In this document: positions 8,161-13,909 of the stretch, piece after piece
Position numbering within the stretch: the first letter of the stretch is position 1
Layout: every line of letters begins with the position of its first letter
Source: a virus
Direction: 5' to 3' (one strand)
Length of the DNA: 63,860 nucleotides
Virus record (IMG/VR): IMGVR_UViG_3300045391_003291
Coordinates: 1 to 63,860 of that record
The notes under the pieces: model-generated
Databases searched by the model: none
What the model saw: the letters and a program-made list of their open reading frames with translations, nothing else
Told to the model about the DNA's origin: nothing
Made by a program: the position numbers and the translations under genes

Positions 8161-8603
8161 GAACCCAGTTTTACGAAATCTGTTTGGTCGTTGATCTATC
8201 GGCTGATATCAACCTTGCGGTTATGCGCCGGCTAAAGGATCTATATTTTGACGGCCGCCGCGCACTTAAGAAGCTGTGCGAATGGACGCCGATAGAGAGT
8301 TTGTGTGAGCAGGATCAGTTAGCTATTGCGGCCGTCTGTGGCGTTCCACTGGTTTGGACGGCGGTCCCGCAAAGATTGGTCTACATATCTCCGGATAGTG
8401 ATTACCGATTTGAACATGAGTTCGACAGGCTGACTGTGTTTTTTTCAAAGGAATACAGAACATTCAGTCACGCACAAATGCTCGCAATGCATGAGCGTAC
8501 CGCCATCGTGGCGCCGCGCCAGCTTGATTGCCTGATTTACAGCAGCCTACGTCACCGTCTGCTCGTTAAAACCTCACCTCAACGAAACGCGTTATCGCCC
8601 TAG
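8157..8603 (+). CDS. paralog family member f (148 aa)
   Basis: GTGA overlap. Motifs IESLCEQDQLAIAAVCGV, HEFDRLTVFF and FSHAQM. Confidence 0.65.
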   Translation: MRTQFYEICLVVDLSADINLAVMRRLKDLYFDGRRALKKLCEWTPIESLCEQDQLAIAAVCGVPLVWTAVPQRLVYISPDSDYRFEHEFDRLTVFFSKEYRTFSHAQMLAMHERTAIVAPRQLDCLIYSSLRHRLLVKTSPQRNALSP

Positions 8604-8844
8604 ACCCGCAGGTCTGGTGCGAACCACAGAGCACCACGGAAACCGGCACCGTATCCAGCCCAGCCGCGCCCTACCCCCAGGCGCCCTAAACTCGCAAGCG
8701 GCGAGCAAGGACAAACGGTCGAACACGGGAAACGAAGCCCGCGCACCGCCACACAAAGGCGGCCAGACCGCAATACGGCACCGCTTCCGCGCAAAAACCC
8801 CTACGCGCCTCGGGGTTTGCCTCAGATTTGTCCAGATCAAAGAC

Positions 8845-8883
8845 TTATCCACAGACAAACCGCAGTTATCCACACAATCCACA
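8845..8883 (+). promoter_or_regulatory. Cluster of DnaA-box-like 9-mers: TTATCCACA (8845-8853), TTATCCACA (8866-8874), CAATCCACA (8875-8883)
   Basis: Two exact matches to the TTATCCACA consensus, 21 nt apart and in the same orientation, plus one 7/9 copy. Confidence 0.6.
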
Positions 8884-8946
8884 GCTACCAGGGAAGCAGC
8901 CAAGCGCTCTACACTGACGACACATCGTCACACCAGAGCGCCGACA

Positions 8947-9537
8947 ATGGATCAACTCCCGCAGACACAAGGCAAGCCGTCAACCGTCACAAAGCGGCCC
9001 GATGATCTGCCGTATCGCTACCAACCGCCCAAGTTAAAGCGCATCCCGCGCAACGTCCCACTTGGTAGCAAGCCAGACCACGAAGCCCAGATTCTGCAAG
9101 CCATCGAATGCGGTCAGACCATGCATGAGATAGCCGAACAGATCGGACGCGATGTCTCCATACTCTCAAGATGGCTCGCCGATCCACAAAGAGCAGCAAA
9201 GGCGAAAGAGTCGCGCCGGCTTCAGGCCGTGTACTGGGATGAGCTCGCGGAAAGGACGATTAAAGAGTTGCCCTCAAACGCGACACCAGCGGCAATGCTC
9301 CGCGCACGTGAACTTGCATCGCATTACCGCTGGCGCGCCAAGTCCATTGCCCCGCATGACTACGGCGACAGGCCGCTGATAGATGCCGAGCAGGAGGCAC
9401 AGCGTCAGGCTCAGGCACTGAACGGAGACACGGCCCGCCTCGTCCTTGGTGGCATCCTTGCCGCCATCGGACTGCAGGTCTCAGAGCTCCCCAAGGACAG
9501 AGCAGGCAGAGTAATCGATCACGATTCAACAACTTAG
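8947..9537 (+). CDS. HTH protein, candidate small terminase subunit (196 aa)
   Basis: Internal ATG (MDQLPQTQGK...). HTH-like segment QTMHEIAEQIGRDVSILSRW. The C-terminal ARELASHYRWRAKSIAPHDYGD resembles the TerS motif (...KWxxxKxxPKxYGD). Confidence 0.5.
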   Translation: MDQLPQTQGKPSTVTKRPDDLPYRYQPPKLKRIPRNVPLGSKPDHEAQILQAIECGQTMHEIAEQIGRDVSILSRWLADPQRAAKAKESRRLQAVYWDELAERTIKELPSNATPAAMLRARELASHYRWRAKSIAPHDYGDRPLIDAEQEAQRQAQALNGDTARLVLGGILAAIGLQVSELPKDRAGRVIDHDSTT

Positions 9538-9584
9538 CCTTGTGACAGCCGGATATTGAGGTTCCCTCTACGATTGTTGACATA

Positions 9585-9613
9585 GCTAGCCGGCCCATCT
9601 GACGCCGGCTAGC
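9585..9613 (+). terminator. Perfect 10-bp hairpin GCTAGCCGGC-N9-GCCGGCTAGC
   Basis: Read directly, 48 nt after the stop at 9537. There is no U tract. Confidence 0.4.
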
Positions 9614-9771
9614 CGTTCCCTTGCTGTTCGGCTGGTGCTGCTGTGCCCATCCATTCCAAAAGGTACCGGGCGCCCAAAAGGAGGCTCCAAGCGCGACCCG
9701 GGGGGTGTGCGAATTCACGAGCGGCCCGAAATCTAAATCACCACCCACTCTTCGTACTTTCATTAAACTGT

Positions 9772-9800
9772 TTCATCAAGTGACGTTCATCTGTCACACT
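9772..9800 (+). promoter_or_regulatory. Promoter/operator module copy A (TTCATC-N2-GTGAC-N8-GTCAC; -10-like CACACT)
   Basis: Same architecture and spacing as the copies at 10286 and 10807. It ends 12 nt before the ATG at 9812. Confidence 0.4.
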
Positions 9801-9811
9801 GGAGAGGCCTG

Positions 9812-10258
9812 ATGTCTGGTATCTACCTGCCGAAGGAAATGGTTGCTTCGAGCCAGCGAAGTGTTGGGATACGGACTCCGGTGGTTCTTGGTCCTTACGA
9901 CACGAAGCTTTCTCCTGACGACGAGAAGAATTTTCTGGCGTGGTCGGCGAAGTACCCTGATCGAACTGGGTCGACGGATTACGACATGCGTGGGTGGTGG
10001 AAGGAGCATGGAAGTGTTGATCCAGGAGGCGGTCATTTCTCGGATAAGTACAAGAAGCCAAACCACCCGACGTTTTCTGACGAGAGCATTTACAGCGGGG
10101 TTGATGAGAACGTCGGTGGTAAGTGGGTAAAGGGGGATGGTGGTAAGTGGTCTTTTTCAGCGTCACAAACAAACCTGCAGCATCATTCAGAAGACGAGCT
10201 TCGAAAATATTTCGAACGCGTTGAGTCTGGTAATACGCTTGTTCTCCCAAAGCGGTAG
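9812..10258 (+). CDS. hypothetical protein (148 aa)
   Basis: ORF track, with GGAGAGG RBS. Confidence 0.7.
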   Translation: MSGIYLPKEMVASSQRSVGIRTPVVLGPYDTKLSPDDEKNFLAWSAKYPDRTGSTDYDMRGWWKEHGSVDPGGGHFSDKYKKPNHPTFSDESIYSGVDENVGGKWVKGDGGKWSFSASQTNLQHHSEDELRKYFERVESGNTLVLPKR

Positions 10259-10285
10259 ACGCTCTTCGTCCTTTCTCGTTTTTGC

Positions 10286-10314
10286 TTGAACGTGTGACGC
10301 TTCCGCGTTACAGT
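10286..10314 (+). promoter_or_regulatory. Promoter P1: TTGAAC-N17-TACAGT with embedded GTGAC-N8-GTTAC
   Basis: Hexamers and spacer counted by hand. It is near-identical to P2 (shared GTGTGACG......CGTTACAGTGC). Confidence 0.6.
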
Positions 10315-10319
10315 GCATT

Positions 10320-10416
10320 GGGGGGACATGGCATGGCCGCTGGTACCCAGCCTTGGGGGATCTCGAGGAGCGCACTGGGCTATCGAAGTGAGGTTCGATT
10401 CCTCCGCCTTCCACCA
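10320..10416 (+). ncRNA. tRNA-like structured RNA/leader (RNA1): T-arm mimic plus acceptor-like helix with G3:U70, A73 and an encoded CCA
   Basis: It starts 6 nt after the P1 -10. The 3' end reads TGAGG-TTCGATT-CCTCC-GCCTTCC-A-CCA, and the 5' GGGGGGA pairs with GCCTTCC. The interior does not fold as a cloverleaf. Confidence 0.4.
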
Positions 10417-10436
10417 ATTACGAACTGGAGATTTCT

Positions 10437-10751
10437 GTGGATATGAATCAGCGGAGCGGGTTGATCGGTGCGGGTCGGTCTCAGGTGAATACGGCTTGTG
10501 TGGAGGTACGTCGGTCGCAGGTCGAGGAGCAGCTGTCGAGGCAGCTGCAGACGATTTCGAGTCTGAGCGAGACGGCGCAGGCTTTGATTGCCCGGTTGAC
10601 TCCGGTGTTGCGGGAGGCTGACAAGGTCGGTCCCAACAGCGTGCCGCAGGAATACCTGGTGCCTGTGGCGGCGTCGGTCCGTTCCAATACGGACGGTATC
10701 AATAACGTCATGCTCATGCTGTCGGATGTGTTGGAGCGTCTCGAGGTCTGA
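10437..10751 (+). CDS. hypothetical coiled-coil protein (104 aa)
   Basis: ORF track with GTG start 7 nt after GGAG, followed by a strong terminator. Confidence 0.65.
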   Translation: MDMNQRSGLIGAGRSQVNTACVEVRRSQVEEQLSRQLQTISSLSETAQALIARLTPVLREADKVGPNSVPQEYLVPVAASVRSNTDGINNVMLMLSDVLERLEV

Positions 10752-10767
10752 CCGAATCGATCCAACG

Positions 10768-10792
10768 GCCCCGGCAAGTCCGGGGCTTTTTT
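10768..10792 (+). terminator. Intrinsic terminator GCCCCGG-CAAGT-CCGGGGC followed by T6
   Basis: Read directly. Confidence 0.85.
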
Positions 10793-10806
10793 ATGACCAG
10801 CGGTAG

Positions 10807-10835
10807 TTGCGTGTGTGACGGCACATCGTTACAGT
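10807..10835 (+). promoter_or_regulatory. Promoter P2: TTGCGT-N17-TACAGT with embedded GTGAC-N8-GTTAC
   Basis: Counted by hand; a paralog of P1. Confidence 0.6.
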
Positions 10836-10841
10836 GCGTGT

Positions 10842-10952
10842 GCTGGTGCTGGCCCTTACGGACAGCTCTGCGACCGGATGGCAAGGGTGGTGGTTCGAAT
10901 CCACGAGCGGGGGATCCCGTGACGGCGTGACGGCAAGGACCCTGCCACCAGC
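10842..10952 (+). ncRNA. Structured leader RNA2, closed by a 7-bp helix (GCTGGTG/CACCAGC) and containing a T-arm mimic (GGTGG-TTCGAAT-CCACG)
   Basis: It starts 6-7 nt after the P2 -10. Helices drawn by hand. It contains a tandem GTGACGGC GTGACGGC. Confidence 0.35.
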
Positions 10953-10966
10953 TTTACGAGGAGCGC

Positions 10967-11104
10967 ATGAAAAAGGTTGAACCCGAACGTGTTGAGTATC
11001 CACCGAAGGTATGTCCTGAGTGCGGTCGGGCTATTCGCAAGCCAGCCAAGAGCGGGGCGCAGCGGACTCGGGAGTACCGGGATCGGAAGCGGCAGGCGTC
11101 GTGA
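10967..11104 (+). CDS. small basic protein (45 aa) with one CxxC
   Basis: Hand translation MKKVEPERVEYPPKVCPECGRAIRKPAKSGAQRTREYRDRKRQAS, with GAGGAG RBS. Below the ORF-track cut-off. Confidence 0.5.
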   Translation: MKKVEPERVEYPPKVCPECGRAIRKPAKSGAQRTREYRDRKRQAS

Positions 11105-11289
11105 CATACGAACAGGCGATCAATCTCAAGTCGTTCCAGCACCACTGCCAATGCGGAGGATATGCCTGGAATTTCAACGGTCGAGATGAGGAGCAGCCGC
11201 ATATGTCGTGGTGTCCTCAGTTCGATGAATACGCGGAGTGGCGTGCCGCGTTGAAGCAGGGTCAATCTGGAGGTGTGTCGTGCGGGTGA
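11101..11289 (+). CDS. hypothetical Cys-containing protein (62 aa)
   Basis: GTGA overlap with the previous stop; in frame with ORF 11020..11289. Confidence 0.5.
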   Translation: MTYEQAINLKSFQHHCQCGGYAWNFNGRDEEQPHMSWCPQFDEYAEWRAALKQGQSGGVSCG

Positions 11290-11576
11290 ATGTTTACGCG
11301 GAAGAGATGACGGACCGGGTCGAGATCGTCGAGAAGGAGACGGCGGACGGGACGTTCACGGGCCTTCGTATCTATCTCGAGCTGCCAGTCACGGTGCCTG
11401 GTCCGGCCGGCGGCAACACGGTCTACAGAGGACCGTTCATGCACAAGCCTGGGGACGACGACTCGAGCGCGGTCACGTTCTGGGGCAAGCAGGATCTGCG
11501 CGCGGTGTTGCGCAAGGCTCTGGAGGCACTGGATGAGCACTACGACAAACGAGATTCCGGCGGTACCACCGTCTGA
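11280..11576 (+). CDS. hypothetical protein (98 aa)
   Basis: GTG after GGAGGTG; in frame with ORF 11238..11576. Confidence 0.55.
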   Translation: MRVNVYAEEMTDRVEIVEKETADGTFTGLRIYLELPVTVPGPAGGNTVYRGPFMHKPGDDDSSAVTFWGKQDLRAVLRKALEALDEHYDKRDSGGTTV

Positions 11577-11670
11577 TTTCAACGGCTGGTCTGGGTCACT
11601 CGACGAGATACTCTGACCGGATACTCCCCTCCGGAGTCCAGCCGCCATTTCAACGACAAGGAGTTCAACG

Positions 11671-12033
11671 ATGTCTGTTTTCACTCTCACCGGTAGTTTC
11701 CCCACGGCTTCGGCCACCAAGCTCGTCGCGAGCGGCGTCCAGGCCGCATCGTGGGTCGTCAAGGTTTTCGATTCCAACAACAACCAGCTGAGCCAGGCGA
11801 GCGTTCCGTATACGGATACACCGCCGGATGAAGGCGTGCCGTTCACGGCTGAAGGCATCTCGGCCGAGCTCGGCGACGTTCTCCGTGTGACGGTCCAGAC
11901 GCTGGACAATCTCGGCGTCGGCCTCGATTCCGGTCAGGCCGCCGACATCACGGTTCAGCTGACGCCGGTCGAACTGACGTTCCAGTCGACCTCCGGGGCG
12001 CCTGGCAACGCGGTGTTCACGCAGACCGCGTAA
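11671..12033 (+). CDS. hypothetical beta-rich protein (120 aa)
   Basis: ORF track, with AAGGAG RBS. Confidence 0.7.
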   Translation: MSVFTLTGSFPTASATKLVASGVQAASWVVKVFDSNNNQLSQASVPYTDTPPDEGVPFTAEGISAELGDVLRVTVQTLDNLGVGLDSGQAADITVQLTPVELTFQSTSGAPGNAVFTQTA

Positions 12034-12165
12034 TGGTCTGCGTACCATGCCAACGGTTCTGGGCGTGGCTATGCGCCCAGTTCCCGTGGCTGTTCAAGCA
12101 GTGCCCGCTGACGTTTCAAAGCGTCAGCGGTCCTGCCAGGGGGGAGTTCAAATCGGAGGGGTCTG

Positions 12166-12495
12166 ATGGATGATTTTGAGCAGCAGATGCGCAAAGACTT
12201 GACCGCACTACTTGGCTGGATCGAGAAGTCCGAGAGTGCCGCCGAGTGCATTACCAACATTTGCGTATGGCAGTTGCAGCTGATGGTGATGTGGGACAAG
12301 GCTAAAGAGTCTTCGAACACCTTCGAAATCGGATGCGTTCGGACTTCTTTCGGCGCCTCCACTATGATGCTCAAGGCGATTGCGGAAGGACTTGCCGCCG
12401 GCGAGACATGGTCATTCCAGCGCCGGGTTGCCTGCGATGCCTTTCACCGTGATGGTCAGCATGCGCTACAGCTTCGCATGAAGGCAGAAGGATGA
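12166..12495 (+). CDS. hypothetical protein (109 aa)
   Basis: ORF track, with GGAGGG RBS. Confidence 0.6.
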   Translation: MDDFEQQMRKDLTALLGWIEKSESAAECITNICVWQLQLMVMWDKAKESSNTFEIGCVRTSFGASTMMLKAIAEGLAAGETWSFQRRVACDAFHRDGQHALQLRMKAEG

Positions 12496-12701
12496 AGGTC
12501 TTCGTTAACAGGAGATGTGAAGGACACTATCCAGTCGGATTTGCGGCAATTGTTATCGCAACCGATGAGAGAGAGGCGACTGATCAGTTGAACAGAGCCC
12601 TGTCTATTGCTGGTCTACCAGAGACCGCACATCACTCTCAGTTCGAGGAAGTCCCTACCGAAGTTCGCTGTGCGATGATCTTGGTTGACGGTAACTATTA
12701 A
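12492..12701 (+). CDS. hypothetical protein (69 aa)
   Basis: ATGA overlap with the upstream gene. Confidence 0.6.
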   Translation: MKVFVNRRCEGHYPVGFAAIVIATDEREATDQLNRALSIAGLPETAHHSQFEEVPTEVRCAMILVDGNY

Positions 12702-12777
12702 GCAGCCGTAGCTCAGTTGGTAGAGCGGCAGCCTTCCAAGCTGTCTGTCGCGGGTTCGAGCCAAGCCGGCTGCTCCA
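12702..12777 (+). tRNA. tRNA-Gly(UCC)-like, 76 nt with encoded CCA and a T stem with only 3 of 5 pairs
   Basis: Hand-drawn cloverleaf: acceptor GCAGCCG/CGGCTGC, D arm GCTC-AGTTGGTA-GAGC, anticodon arm GCAGC-CTTCCAA-GCTGT, T arm GCGGG-TTCGAGC-CAAGC, discriminator T. Confidence 0.6.
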
Positions 12778-12791
12778 GTCAGGAGAGTGTT

Positions 12792-13067
12792 GTGGAAGAC
12801 AAAATCGTGTTTGGATTCATCCCCGACAACAGCGGCAAGGCCGCCGACGTCGTCGTTCTCGGTATTCCGACTGCCGCCTGGGAATACATGAAGGACGGTC
12901 ACACCCACACTCTGGACCTCACCAAGATCGGCATCCCGATGAAGCTGATCCTGTTCGGTTCCGCCACACACCAGGCGGCTCTGGACGTCATCAAGCAGCA
13001 CAACGAAGGCAAGCCGATGGAAGACCGCCGGCACGAAGACTTCTCGGTCAAGCCCGATGGCAGCTGA
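12792..13067 (+). CDS. hypothetical protein (91 aa)
   Basis: GTG 4 nt after AGGAGAG. The longer track ORF would overlap the tRNA. Confidence 0.55.
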   Translation: MEDKIVFGFIPDNSGKAADVVVLGIPTAAWEYMKDGHTHTLDLTKIGIPMKLILFGSATHQAALDVIKQHNEGKPMEDRRHEDFSVKPDGS

Positions 13068-13425
13068 TAAGCCAGGGCAGTACGCGGCTACCATTGGATA
13101 CAGTGAGGAACTGTTCCAGCAGTATGTGAAGACGAAGAAATTCAAGTCGTCGTTTTTCGATCCTGAGGCTAGAACTGGGCGGACGACTCAACAGATATTC
13201 TTTGCCCCGCGTAACGCCGTATTTGTATGGTGTACCCACATTCTCGATTACCCGAAGAAGATCGCGAGCGAGTTCCACCGGGAAGACCTGATGATTGTCG
13301 GTCCAGACTGGATTGCTGAGAGGAAGTTTTACGGCTGTCAGTACAGCCACATCGTGCTCGATCATGCTTACGTTACGATAGAACCCGATCGTCTTGAAGA
13401 AGCGATTGTCAGGTGCCGCTCATGA
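13057..13425 (+). CDS. hypothetical protein (122 aa), paralog of the next gene
   Basis: Shares IVGPDWIAERKFYGCQYSHIVLD with KIVTPSWLMERQFEKCEYSTIILD in the next gene. Confidence 0.6.
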   Translation: MAADKPGQYAATIGYSEELFQQYVKTKKFKSSFFDPEARTGRTTQQIFFAPRNAVFVWCTHILDYPKKIASEFHREDLMIVGPDWIAERKFYGCQYSHIVLDHAYVTIEPDRLEEAIVRCRS

Positions 13426-13721
13426 GGTTCGTTGACTTCCTCAGCTTCATGCCGACAAACGGCGTCTACGTCACCTGGGACCAGGACCGCGCCATGGACA
13501 TGGCCGTGTGCGCGATGGTCAACAAAAGACCCGACATCAAGATCGTGACACCGAGCTGGTTGATGGAACGCCAGTTCGAGAAATGCGAGTACTCGACCAT
13601 CATCCTGGATGAGAGAATCGTATTCGGAGATCCTCGAGAACACCTCGACAACAATATGCGAAATCTGCTGATTGAGGCGATGGATCGCATCAAGACATTC
13701 CACGCGAGCGAGGGCCAGTAA
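13413..13721 (+). CDS. hypothetical protein (102 aa), paralog of the previous gene
   Basis: ORF track, with the shared motif listed for 13057. Confidence 0.6.
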   Translation: MPLMRFVDFLSFMPTNGVYVTWDQDRAMDMAVCAMVNKRPDIKIVTPSWLMERQFEKCEYSTIILDERIVFGDPREHLDNNMRNLLIEAMDRIKTFHASEGQ

Positions 13722-13774
13722 GGACTGCATGCGGTCCCCAATCTCTTACTGAGAGCTGGCCAAAGTAGGATCCG

Positions 13775-13812
13775 CCAGTTCGACCTACCAAAGTGTGGTA
13801 GTTCGAAACCGG
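13775..13812. other. Imperfect 6+5-bp hairpin/inverted repeat (CCAGTTCGACCTACCA-AAGTG-TGGTAGTTCGAAACCGG) upstream of the recombinase gene
   Basis: Pairing worked out by hand. A second hairpin, GCATCC-N8-GGATGC, lies at 13828-13847. Confidence 0.45.
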
Positions 13813-13873
13813 AAAGCGACGACACGGGCATCCACTGGCGGGGATGCTCTGAAGTTGAAATAGACTACGTTGT

Positions 13874-13891
13874 GTGACACCATGCCGTCAC
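13874..13891 (+). promoter_or_regulatory. Operator module copy D (GTGAC-N8-GTCAC) at the 5' end of the recombinase gene
   Basis: Read directly; part of the 7-bp palindrome GTGTGAC-N8-GTCACAC. Confidence 0.45.
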
Positions 13892-13909
13892 ACCATCGCG
13901 GAAACTCCA

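Noticed and set aside
8617-8946. N-terminal 110-aa extension of the TerS-like ORF (track ORF 8617..9537)
   Set aside because: The extension is a low-complexity basic sequence running through hairpins and the DnaA-box cluster. A proper ATG with a globular HTH protein starts at 8947.
9577-9605. Consensus TTGACA as a promoter
   Set aside because: The sequence 17 nt downstream is TGACGC, which has no -10 resemblance, and the site is buried in the 10-bp hairpin.
10320-10416. RNA1 as a canonical class II tRNA or tRNA-Sec
   Set aside because: I could not draw D or anticodon arms. An 8/5 Sec-type fold fails (A7-G66 and C8-C86 mismatches) and no plausible anticodon loop exists. I kept it only as a tRNA-like element.
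12615-13145. 176-aa minus-strand ORF spanning the tRNA-Gly-like gene
   Set aside because: It overlaps the tRNA and two plus-strand genes and has no start context. It is a typical shadow ORF.
13775-13812. tRNA gene suggested by two GTTCGA motifs
   Set aside because: The two motifs are the arms of one inverted repeat. There is no acceptor stem, no T-stem complement and no anticodon arm.
9780-13891. The four GTGAC-N8-GTYAC sites as recombination (cassette excision or shuffling) sites for the serine recombinase
   Set aside because: The central dinucleotides differ at every site (tc, ac, ca, at), which would block productive serine-recombinase strand exchange between them. An operator role is more parsimonious. 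This remains untested.
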